Source: Marsupella aquatica
Taxonomy: Eukaryota; Plantae; Marchantiophyta
NCBI GenBank assembly: GCA_973895155.1
Contig: OZ316895.1
Coordinates: 6,158,687 to 6,222,686, forward strand
Length of the DNA: 64,000 nucleotides
Reading direction: 5' to 3'
Shown: positions 22,822 to 34,142 of the stretch, in pieces
How the letters are laid out: each line of letters starts with the position of its first letter
How positions within the stretch are numbered: the first letter of the stretch is position 1
Translations under genes and position numbers: made by a program
The notes under the pieces: model-generated
What the model was told of the DNA's origin: nothing
Database searches by the model: none
The model's input: only the letters and a program-made list of their open reading frames with translations

Positions 22822-25800
22822 GACTTATACGGTCATTAGGACCGTAGCCATAGCATAGAATAGCACATATAGCCGTCAGTTGCCATTATGATTAGATTAG
22901 GAGTAGGTTAAGATGACCGAATAATTACGAGTTCAGGAAAGGGATTATTACGCACGACCGAGGTACGGTGGCGGCAGCGGAGTAAAAATCAGTTAGAAGA
23001 ATCATGCTTGGACCGAGGCGCCGACTTCAGCTCTTTATCAATGACCGAATGGCCTGGCCTTCTCACGCTCGGGCTCATCCTGGCACCTCCATAAGAGAGG
23101 AGCCGATGGCACTGCGGGCCATTTGCTCATGTCTACCTTTTTGGAATTCGTGGACGTTGCCATCCACTCGCGTTTCAGATTGAATCAAATCGACCTTTAT
23201 GAGGAGATTATCGAGGGAGAAGAGTGGAATGTGGCGAGATTTAGTCGGGACGAGCGAGGCCTCCAAGAGAACAAGGACCAGCCGGGTGGGAACGCAGACT
23301 CAACGAACCGGACTAAGAGGTTAGTATGACCCTCACAGCCTTGGGATTTTGGACCTTGTTTGGCAAGGTAGGTGCTAAGTTCTCCGAGACTTACTAGTAC
23401 TCCTGTCCCGAGAAAGCCGCTTACAAACGAAGGTACGCAAAGTTGGTAACCAAGGTAGCACTGGTTAATTGCGAAAGGACAGCCATCACCAGGGATTCTA
23501 GCTACAACGAGCTGCGAGACTACATCACCGAACTATATCTCAGCGAGGAAGGGCTTAGATCGGTAGCAGAGGCAATTCTTGAGGTCCCAACGAAGTTCTT
23601 TAAGTTGAAAGGCAGCCAGCGGCTTACTCCAGCGGAGTTCGACAAGATTCCGGGGTACCTAGACCAGCAGATCGCAGCCGAAAAGCACCAAGAAGATATC
23701 AGCAGACAACGGGAAGCGGCGCGTAATCTTACGTTCCTCGGGGAAAGCTCCAACGCCTTCAACTGGGATATGGCTACCCCGATACCACCAGTGCATCAGC
23801 CGATGACCACTGGCATACCACCGAGCCGGTCCCAAGTCCGTTCAGTGATCAACACTGAGTGTTCTTCGGGTTCCGAGCGAGTTAGTCCGCAACTCGAACA
23901 GCGTCCTCGTAAGCGGCCAAGGACTACGACGGCCCCCGAAGCAACAACGCGAACCAACACCGCGCCTGCACCTGCCCCGACAAACCCCCCGACCAACCAG
24001 ACCCGACGACCCCCGGATAACCCGAAGTCCAACCTGTTACAGGTAATCCGTGTCCCCGAAGTAGTCTGGATCGCAATCAAGAAACTCGAGCATGCGGACT
24101 ATGTTAAGGAGCATCAGTTGGAGCAGTTCGCTCACTTGCTATGGAGACCGTGCGCCGCCCCGCCGAAGGAGATTTGTGAGTTCATCTCCAATTTTGACAC
24201 TGATGCGTCGACCACCAAGGTTACGGGGCAGGCCTTATCACTCACAGAGCATCGGTTAACGCAAATCTTTTGCCTACCAACCGAGCCGGTGCCGGTTGAA
24301 ATCCAAATTCGGGATAAGGAGTATACACCGCGGCACTTCAAACCCGAGGGTAAGACGGACAACGGATACAAGCAGGGGGCGTGCACCAACTTAACCTGTA
24401 TGGAGCGACTTAACTTCATACGGACTACCCTACACATGATTGAGCCACGATCCGAGATTTCCCTCTGCACGATCGTGCAGGTGGAACAGTACAAACGGCA
24501 AAACTGGGCCCAATTCTTCTACCAAAGATTCTCGGGGAGCTAAAGCGGGCTCAGGGTGGTATGGCTATTGGAGGGAAGACTTACTTGGGAAGTCATATCG
24601 CCATTATCCTCGCCTGGTACAAGGCACGGCGGGAGGCCAGAGGAAAGAATATGGCCACCTCAGCCCCGACTAATGTCACCCCCGTCGAGGAGGAGGCAAC
24701 CCCGAGCACGCGGACTACCGTCCCTCGGGCAAACCCCGAGCCGGAAGCCCCGACCAATACTCCGCCACCTCCTCCTGTGGAAATTCCGCCGCCCCCTTCC
24801 GTTGAGCCTCCGCTACCCGCGGTACAACCACCCCCAATCCCTCCACCACCTGAAGAAACCTTCCCCTCCCCAGCACTGACTACGGAGGAGCTCGTTGCTC
24901 CACCCGAGGAACCACCGGTGCCCGAGAGGATGGAGGACTACCAAGTAGCCCCGGGGACCATGGCCTACGACCTGGTCCAGAAGTTTAGCCAGACTATGTC
25001 TGGGGAGCTGGCGACATACATCGGACAACAAGTCTCGGCGTACTTTCAGCCAGCCTTCTTCATGTTAGAGCACCAACCACGGATCGTAAGCCGCTTGGAA
25101 GAAGAACTCATGGCGAAGGGGAATGAGATCGGGCGTCTCCAGATGCTGGTAGAGCACCTCGAGGAGGAGGCAACGACCCACCGCGAGGAGTTAGTCCGCA
25201 CCATCGAACAGAGGGACAGACTAACCCAGGAGTTAAGCAGAGCGCAGGCCGAACTCAAGAAGCTGGATGACACCGTGCTTCAATTACGCTCAGAATCTTC
25301 GGCTCGGGTTACCAGCCTGACCGACCTCAACAAACAATTCCTACAGGCAGCGCAGCAGGTGGCTAGTCTCTCCGCCGAACGAGATAAATTGCTAGCGCAG
25401 GACCAGGTCCATCGCGACTCCATCGACCAGCTCAACTTGGAGGTAGCGTGGCTCCAGACCGAGGCCGATGAAGCTGCAAACGAGGCGGAGGAAGCAGTAC
25501 GGGACAACAAGGCTTTGCAGGACCGCGTTACCCTGCTCGTCCTCCAGCGGGGAAAACCAGGGCCCACCTCTGATCAAGGCGGCTCGAGGTCTTGCCCCGA
25601 CAAGGGGACCAGCCCTGGTCCAACCACTGCACACACGTAAGGGGTGGTTAGCGAAGGACGAAAGCAGGCGCCGCGCGAGGCGGTTAAGTCAGCGGCATCT
25701 TTTGGTGAGGTGTAACGACAGAATAGCTGTCATTAGGCACCGATTAGCGGCAGTAGGAAGAATTAGGGCCGGTCAGTTAGGATCAGCCAACGTAGGATGG

Positions 25801-26623
25801 AGTCCATCAACGGACTAGAGTTTGTCAGTAGGCTTGGCCGCTGCCATCCCGGTCGGCACACTCGTAGTCGACGGTCAACCAGTCAGTGCAGCGCAGCCAG
25901 TTAGTCAGCAGGTAGTTAGTCAGTAGGTAGTATCCTGGAAGGTAGTATCCTCCGGTTCTCTTCCGCAATTGTAGTATTTAGGCTTCCCCTTCCGCTATGG
26001 AAGGGGGAGAAGGCTTAGTTATCTCAGCAGAAGAAAGGCGAGGCACGGGGAGTCCCGGCCTGAGTAGGGTCAGAGCGCACCAAGGAGTGAGAGCCAGAGT
26101 CGAGCTTGCTGGGCAAGTGCGAGGCAGGGCCTCGTAGAGACTGGGCATCGACTGCCGTTGGGCCTGCTGACCCCCTTTGAAGTCGAGTCAACCATGTAAA
26201 GTGATGCTTCGCTGAGTAAATGTAGTCTTTTCCCTCTAATGTTTTTGAGAGTAACTGGTGTTGTGTGTATGCTTTGTCTGGGCAAAGGCGCCATATTAAG
26301 GGACGTACCGGGTGCGGACTAATGGTAGGGATTGCCACTCATTGCATGTCACAAGGTCCTGTCACGTCGATGGCTTGAAAAGCCCCAAGCCGGGAGTTAG
26401 TCCGCATCACTAACTGAGGGAATATTCCAGCGGTGGAAAACAAATATACCTATGACAAGTACGAATTATGCAAGTGTTATACCAGTAAGTATATCGGCTT
26501 AGCCCGACTTAGGGCTATTAAAGGTCACTACACACCTCCTTGCCCAAACCCTCACCCCTACTGGTGGTCGAGGTCGCACCATGACACTAAACTGGATTTA
26601 AGGCCCAGGTTAGGGGCGCAACA
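22774..26623 (+). repeat. 3' LTR (3850 bp)
   Basis: Starts tgtgacacggg, ends gcgcaaca, followed by TSD attga. Confidence 0.96.
22913..25640 (+). pseudogene. LTR-embedded accessory ORF, 3' LTR copy
   Basis: ORFs 23443-24543 and 24561-25640 are separated by a 1-bp deletion (G4 at 24534-24537 versus G5 at 14615-14619). The protein is nearly identical to the 5' copy. Confidence 0.85.
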
Positions 26624-27280
26624 ATTGAGATAGAAAAGTACTCTACAACTCACTAATTTATTACAGTGTGAATATATATATAGAGGAAATAAGTGAAGAA
26701 ATTAATTGATTGTAATTGCTTTCAAAACCATGAAAACAGTATTTAAAGTATCAATCCCGGTATCAATCCATTCTTAATTGTTCATAGCCCTGTTCATAGA
26801 AGGAACAAATGCCAAGTTTTATGAAGTTAAATTATATTTTCTGTTCTCTATTGCAAACTACAAAGTTAATGTCACCTAAATCCTTGAATGTACATCCACT
26901 TCAGTCATCTGAGACAATTGAGTATGATGTTTCTCGGAACAAATGTAAACAAACATGTGATATAATGACCCTAGCTGAGCATTCAGAGGGCACAAGGTTG
27001 CGATATATAGTGATTGTTCTTAGAGTAACTAGAAAGTATTAAAACAATAAAATTATCAAACGGTACCCAAATTTTCTGGAGTAATTTTGAGAAATATCCA
27101 AATGTTTGGGTTCACTTTTGAGAAAGATGCATGATTGAGCAACTGAGAATAGACTAAGTCTACACTAGGAAAAAAGAAGTACATTGCAAACACTAGCACA
27201 TACAACATTTTGCCTTATTACTTTTGTTGAGGCTTCACAAGCCTGCATTTCAATTTTTGCAAGCCACAGAGTTTTTGCCA

Positions 27281-27520
27281 GGGGGGGGTCACTATATGAA
27301 GGGTCATACATGACGTGCGACGGTTTGGGTCATTTATGACCCCCCTAAATCACTTTCTATAAATTTGTACGGCACCAATCATGTGATGACACGTATGCAT
27401 TTTGTAATTAAACAATCCTATATTTCCATAGAAGACTTAATAAGTGTTCTGCCAAAACCATTTAAATGGCCCTATACTTCGTCGCACATGATATGTCACT
27501 TCCATGGAAGTGACCCCCCC
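27281..27520. mobile_element. MITE-like element with short TIRs (ggggggtcact...agtgacccccc); partial diverged relative at ~4190-4400
   Basis: Inverted G/C-rich termini. Shares ccatt.aaatgg.cctata...gtcacttccayggaagtgac with 4338-4396. Confidence 0.5.
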
Positions 27521-27839
27521 GAGGTTTTTGCAAGCCACAGACTACTCAATCATCATTGTATTAAAGACTTTACAAAGCCATAACAGAGCACATAGATCAT
27601 ACCAACTTTTATTGAATTCCATGCAAATAGCTAGGTACCATCATTTTGGACATAATAGCAACACTAACGTTGTGCTGGTCCACTTTGAGGGGGAATCCTA
27701 AAAAATCCCAAGTGGGCAAGGTGCGCCTTCTCTTATGGTTGAATTGGGATGGAGCCCAATTCTCAGTTTGTTTCATCCATGTGAGGTATGATCTTAATTG
27801 TGTGAGTGCAGTAATCAGTAATTAAAAACAGAGCTCCTT

Positions 27840-28345
27840 GCATATCATGAGTATCCCATAGTACTCCAAATATTATAGATAATAGAAGACTAATGAAGAT
27901 ACCAAATTGTACCCAAAATGCCCCATAGCACCCTAGAGTACCCCAAAGAACTCTACATTATCGAAGGGTAGCCAAAATGTCTCTGAATATTTAGAGTGTC
28001 TCAGAGTACCCCAAATTAATATCATAAAATAGACTGTAGTACGTTCTTTAGTTTACCAAAGGGAAAATGACCCCTAATATCATTGAGTAACCTATAGGAA
28101 CCCACATATCATAGAGTACCGTGGAGGACTTAGATTACCAAAGGGTACCCAAAATGCCCCTAATATCATAGATTATCCCATAGTACCCTGGAGTACCCAA
28201 ATATCATAGAGTACCCAAGTGTACTCTTGATTAGCAAAGGGTACCCAAAATGTCACCAAATATCACAGAGTACTCTAGACTACCAAAGGATACCCAATAT
28301 GTCACCAAATATCATAGAGTATCCTATCCTATTACCCATAGTACC
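27840..28345. repeat. Degenerate minisatellite-like array (atatcatagagtaccc / ccaaagggtacccaaaatg)
   Basis: The motifs recur many times with irregular spacing. Confidence 0.75.
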
Positions 28346-29060
28346 CAGCGTAAGTCCGCAAAGTGTCCATAAGCAAATGCTATCCAAAAATGTTCTTGGT
28401 TGAGGAAAGGAAAAACCCACTAACAATTACGAAACATCATAAAACTTGATGTTGTAACAGAGAGTTAACCTGTGTTGATAGATTACCCTATTATATATTA
28501 TTTAAAATTATATATATATACATTTATTTAATGTTGTTCGCTACATATGTAATGGTATCATTCATAACTCCACTCCTCATCAATGTATCTTGACAAAAGT
28601 AATTCTCATTGGCTCCATGTTTGCGGGGTGTATATATTTTTATTCTTTGTTAAATTGTACCTCCAATAATAAATTTCACATCATGCATGTCAGTCAAGTG
28701 TGTGTAAAAAATGTACGCATCTCAAGTGTGTGTAAAAAATGACACATCTCAATCATTTGCACCTCATTCCAAAGTACTTACAAATATTTGCGCATATTTG
28801 AAGTGCTTGAGAAAACTTTGTGGTTGCCTCTTAAACTTGGCCGTTCAAAAACTTTGTAACTTAGAAAGAAAATAAAAGCACACACACATCCATTAATTGT
28901 TGAGGCATTTTATTTCCCATTCCTTTTATTAGGTGTAACTTTTGTCATTTTTTCCTATAATATTAGGTGTAACTTTTGTCATCACCTTACATTACTAATC
29001 TCCTCCGAAATGAGTTCAAAATGAGTTCAAAATGTTTTGTAGTAGATTAGTAATGTGTTC

Positions 29061-29296
29061 AAATGAGTTCAAAATGCTCTAAGATACCAAAAATTAAAGG
29101 GATTCAAAAATGAATTAAAAAATATATAATACAACAAGGATGAGAATAATTTAAAACTTTTTTTCAAGTGATAGAAACTAAAGTCAATGAGATTACAAAT
29201 TAAGAGGGCTACCAAAATGAATTCAAAATGCTCTAAGATACCAAAAATTAAAGGGATTCAAAAATGAATTAAAAACTATATAATACAAGAAGGATG
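29061..29296. repeat. Two ~80-bp direct repeats, period ~155 bp
   Basis: aaatga.ttcaaaatgctctaagataccaaaaattaaagggattcaaaaatgaattaaaaa at 29061 and ~29215. Confidence 0.85.
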
Positions 29297-29508
29297 CCCT
29301 TTGATAAGGCACAAGGCACATGAAAATGACACGAAAAACAAAAATTATGAATAAGGTAAAATCTCAAAAGTGCATTCACTATATAGTACTGCAAATTTCT
29401 TCTCCGTACATCCCACCCAAATGCCGGTTCAACAAAGCTTTAAACAGCTAGGGTGCTCCAGGATCATTAATGCGCCGAGGTCGAGGGTGTCTTTCGTCCT
29501 GAATAAGA

Positions 29509-29705
29509 CCCACAACTCAGCTTTCATGTATCGATGATTGTGTATGACAGCCAGGAAAAATCGGGGAAAAACTTAAACTCGATAAATTCATGACAACAAA
29601 GATCCCGAATAAGCCCCACAACTGAGCTTTCATGTATCGATGATTGTGTATGACAGCCAGGAAAAAGCCGGGAAATACTTAAACTCCATAAATCCATGAC
29701 AACAA
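29509..29705. repeat. ~106-bp tandem duplication downstream of gene A
   Basis: ctttcatgtatcgatgattgtgtatgacagccaggaaaaa at 29521 and 29627. Confidence 0.9.
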
Positions 29706-30170
29706 ATAAGATGTTGCTGTTCAACAGTTGTTTGCATGCTATCTCTCTATGTCATCCATGCACTTACTCGAGATTGAGATTGCTGATTCTTGAACTTTAT
29801 TTGAAGTACACTTGATTTAAATTACCGCCCTTCAATCAAACGCCAGTAGAATCTGAAGAACATTGGGATCTAATGCCCTTATGTAATTTCGTGTTTTACT
29901 GTGAGTTCTCTCTTAATGACGGTAGAAATCTACGTTTCTATATCATCGGACCAGAAGAGCCACATATATGAGACGCTCCACAAAGGGTGGAACGCCATTG
30001 AGAGAACTAAGTCGAAAGACGTCGTAAAACATGGTGCATGTGTATCTAACGAACCTGGACAGTAACTAATCTAGTCTGGAGAGACTCATTGTCTCAGTCT
30101 CGCCTATCAATTCTATGAAGTGGATAGAATCTAGCTTCGATCCAGAGGGCACACAATTTCTAAGAATATT

Positions 30171-32629
30171 TCATTGACGTGGTTGCGCTTTCAGAGCAAG
30201 GAGTTGCTGTACGTTCACTGGCGACACTTCTTTCAGTCCGCCAGTATACATCGCTTTCGCCAAGACTAGATTGGAAGCCTCAGTGGGGTGGTATGCATCC
30301 CAAAATACATATTCGTTTCGGTTGGAGCAAACCACCGCCGCTGGCTGGCACAAAATCTGCGCCCTGTACGCTCCCCCTCCGCAGCATCCTTCGTTGACCA
30401 CCGTAAACCCTGCAACCATATTGATTTTGACGAAGATTCGGATGCAGTCAGAATATCGCACAACCTGGACTCAATTCTTCAATCTACTCATGAGCTTGAT
30501 TCCTGACGCGGTCAACACTTCTGAAATTATGGAAACTTCAACATCTGCCACTTCGTTTTAAAACTAGCCATGACATTCACTGGGACGCTAGCTAAACATC
30601 GATGTCGCAATGCAAAAGCACTCATCCAAGTAACTAATCCAGTATACGGTGCCAGCTGCGAAAGAATTCCAGGGCGGTCAGTAATTGCAGTACTTATGTT
30701 TACACGTCACTGTAACTCCCACGACCCTGCCTAGAGGGAGAATTTGAAAAGTGCAAGTTATCAATTGTACTCACCATACTTGCTGGGATTGTTTATCAAG
30801 TTAATCAATGAAGTGTACGAGTCGCCGAGCAAATACATAGCATCTGACAATTCACTATTTAGGTCTTGAAGCATGGACAAAACCAGAGCGTTGAAATCCT
30901 GAGCCTGAGCGTTTACTGAGGACACACAGGTGGGCTGTCCAGATATGGCCAACTGATGAGGAATGCATCCAAGAGGCCCAATTCCAGACACGAAGAACAT
31001 TCGAAATCCGGAGCCGTACAATTCCTGCAGCAAATGGTCACAAATCTCGAAATGTCAGTGCGCGAGTTTACCGAGTAGATTGCACTTACGCTATTGCATT
31101 GAAGTAAGGTCACCAGTACAACCGCGGAATGCAGAAATGAGTAAATGCTAGTAATTCTTCGCCATGGTTGGCATACAGAAGTGACTGTATTCATATTGAA
31201 CAACGGATCATGTTCAGAAGGCACGAAACAGATAGTACTTCGGCTTAGCAATGGTGGATCGACCACTGCTATTAAATTCGTACCATGAGTTGCCTGCGGA
31301 AGGAGCTGATCAGCAAAACGTTGAACTGTGCGGGAGTATACTGGGTTGAAACCGAATCACCAAGCAAGTAATTGTTGATATAATCGTTGCTGCCCATGAC
31401 GATAGAAACAAGGGATGAAGCCAACAGAGTGGTAGTCGTATTCTTCCCAAGCAGCGCTTCCAGTTCAGGCAACGTGGTGTCTTGGAAGAAACTGATCTGC
31501 TGATTCATGCATATCCTATTGAGCTGCAGGTGAAAAAGGTGATTAGCTAGTTTCCGCAATCGATCTCGCTACTAGACCGATTCACAGCCGTAATTAATCT
31601 AAACTTTAGCAGAACTTAAACAGGTTCAAGTTACAGAATTCAGAGTCAAACAAGTTAGTGGACAACTCACGAAATCTGCTCCTGTCGCATCTAAGATACC
31701 GCCAGCTCCGGAGGCATAGTTGACACCACGGAGAATTCCTAAACCAGTTGTCTGTGCGTCTAGGAATGGCGGCGGATAGGGAACGCCGAGTATGTCACCT
31801 GAGCCATTTGCAATACGTACTCTTGGATCAGCCAGACTCAATATTAATTCTGACTTCCATCATACCTCTTGGATTGCATTATCGGTAGCGAAAAAAAGCG
31901 CTAAATGGGCATCTTCTGTATATCGCTAGCTAAGTTTAATTTGTTACGATTGCACATCTAAACGCCATCTCCCACAACGACAAGTGTTCTAACTACACTG
32001 ATCGACAGGGAACAGAAGACAGTGCACAGAGTAAATTGCTCACACACGAAAAATGAAGGCAGGTCCGTCAAGAAACATTGAGAATATCGATCTACAAAAT
32101 TCCTGTGAGAAAGATAACACCTACATAATATGTCAATCACGGTGCGCCCATTGCAGAATCGTCCGGTTGGTCCACCAGGGAAGTCGATGCCATTGAAGAG
32201 CATGTTTGCCTTCGCTAGAGTCTGAATGTGGTTGTTATTTCCAGAATCTACGAGTGAATCCCCAAACACAAACACAGCCGGCGGATTACTAGTACTAATA
32301 TTAGCGGGAGAGCTAGCAGCTGGAGAACTATCTCCAATTGAACTATCATCAGGAGAACTCTCAGCTGGCGATGTAACAGCAGGTGAAGCGCTGTCAGCCG
32401 CAGGAATGTCGGCTGGAGAGGTATCAGTAGCTGGAGAACTGTTATCTGGACTGCTATCTTTAGGTGAACTACCAGATGGAGAACTTGCAGGAAAAGTATC
32501 ATCTGGAGTATTGTCAGGGATATCAGTGGGAAGACTAGCGGCTGTAGGGCTATCATCTTGAGCCACTGTCTGACTGCACTTCCCGGTTGTCAGCACGACC
32601 AACACAATGAACCAAACAGACAAGCCCAT
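30171..32629 (-). CDS. GDSL esterase/lipase (SGNH), gene A, 453 aa, secreted, with S/P/D-rich N-terminal insert; exons 32629-32125, 31798-31671, 31523-31284, 31024-30775, 30409-30171
   Basis: Motifs [49 protein letters not shown] and FWDAYHPTE. All introns are GT-AG. Exons sum to 1362 nt in one open frame. Hydrophobic signal peptide. Confidence 0.95.
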
Positions 32630-32749
32630 AGATCTCAGCGAATTTGGGCAAAATGCTGCTCTCGATGGAATTCGTCGACTGATCACTTTCACAATTCGGG
32701 CCCTCGATCACAAGACCTGGAAGCCATGGCACGCAGGATCAAGCATCAG

Positions 32750-33346
32750 AACCAGAGAAAACTGTATGGTAATCGACATTCAATCCCAACAAGATCATGA
32801 TCAGAATACTGATGAAAAGTACACCTACTAGGCTTTGTAAGACACCCTGCCGATTAATGCTCGACACCAATCACATTCATCTGCTTTGTAGTGGGGATGA
32901 GGAAGCCTCTGTAGTTATCGTATTCCGTTCTGCCAAACCACCAAAAGTCATTTTCTCGTGGAGTAATGAACTTTACTACTGTTCCAAATCTCTAGCGCGC
33001 AGTCATGTGGAGTTTATCGAGCTTTAAATTGCTGATCGAGCATCCGAACCCGAGCAACTGTACAGAAATCGAAATTCAATACCAAACAAGATCAAGGCCG
33101 GAATGCTGATGAAACATACACTTGTTGGTAGACGGCGGCGGCTCCGTTGAGCTCGAGACTTGCAAGACGCCCTCCCGATTAATGCTTACAGTCACGAATC
33201 CCCTTCCTCTTGTTTGTATTGGGGATCATCTGACAAAGTCTCTGTGGTTATCGTATTTCGTTCCACCAAACGGTTCATCGTAAGTTCTCGTCGAGTCCCG
33301 AACATTAATTGTTCCAAAGTTATAGCGCGCGGCTTCAAATTGCTGA
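32750..33346. repeat. Diverged ~300-bp tandem duplication in the region between divergent genes A and B
   Basis: 32755-33035 and 33052-33346 share aactgta..aatcga.attcaat..caacaagatca, ccgattaatgct, gttatcgtatt.cgttc, tgttccaaa..tagcgcgc and aaattgctga. Confidence 0.8.
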
Positions 33347-34142
33347 ACCTCTGGCGTTGTAAACTTTGGTACTCAGGCCATACTTCTTGTTAGTTGCGTG
33401 AATCCTTTGAATATTCCGTTGTGTATTCGTTGGTGCAATCCGAAGCTTCGGGCAGCGAAGAGCGAGCGGTCTGGTATACAAATTCTTTGGTTCGAGCGTT
33501 ATGCCAGTTGGAACTCAGGCAAATCCGATCGGCAGGATCGTGGGTGTTTCGATTTTTCGTTTCATTTGATTTGTCCTGCCGCCGTTAAGTACCTTAGCCG
33601 CGTGGACGTTGAAGATTTTGAATATTTTCTAGTTTAAATCATCTAGTGACGAAGCTCGCGATACCTTACCGGCAAAATCCTCGTGGCCGCGTGGACGTTG
33701 GAGATTTTGAATGCCTCCTAATTGTTTCGATTTTCCAAATGTCTTTTTCTTCCTGTTCCGTAGCTTCTGGTGGCCTGGATGTAGTCAGTTGGGCCTCGTG
33801 CTGCATACATTCCGAAGAGCCGACGGAGTCTGAGGACAAACATTCCGAGTTTGTGCTTTTGTCAGAGGCTCGACACGGACCAGAACCTGGAGAGACAGTT
33901 AGAGATAGGAAGCGTGCCAATGCGAGAGACATAGTGAGCTTGTGTAGCGAGGTTGTGATCGAATTGCGATCTTTGTGTTACTGGATGTGCTCTTGATTTA
34001 TCGGATTTTGACCCGAGATTTTCCTTTCTGGCGTCTACTCATTACGACCCCGTGTCAGTCTCTTTCACTCAATTTTGTAGACGCTACGTATCTGATTAGT
34101 TGAATTCCATTGTACGCTAACATCTGCATTCAGTGGTCAATC

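Larger units (their letters stand above)
12855..26623 (+). mobile_element. Full-length Ty3/gypsy LTR retrotransposon (non-chromovirus, Phygy/Athila/Tat-like), 13,769 bp, coding regions inactivated
   Basis: Two ~3.85-kb direct repeats with TG...CA ends. 5-bp TSD ATTGA at 12850-12854 and 26624-26628. PBS and PPT present. Domain order gag-PR-RT-RH-INT; RT motifs LDGYSGYNQI and VFIDDF; no chromodomain after INT. Confidence 0.97.

Noticed and set aside
12855-26623. The 3.85-kb repeats as a segmental duplication or assembly artefact rather than LTRs
   Set aside because: They have TG...CA ends, a 5-bp TSD, and a PBS and PPT at the boundaries, and the copies differ by many substitutions.
27840-28345. 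CRISPR-like repeat array
   Set aside because: Degenerate irregular units with no unique spacers, in a eukaryotic context.
31958-32692. ORF-track start at 32692 and read-through tail for gene A (similarly 34110 for B and 44958 for C)
   Set aside because: These are non-ATG starts. ATGs at 32629, 34143 and 45081 give proper signal peptides, and the tails run into introns.
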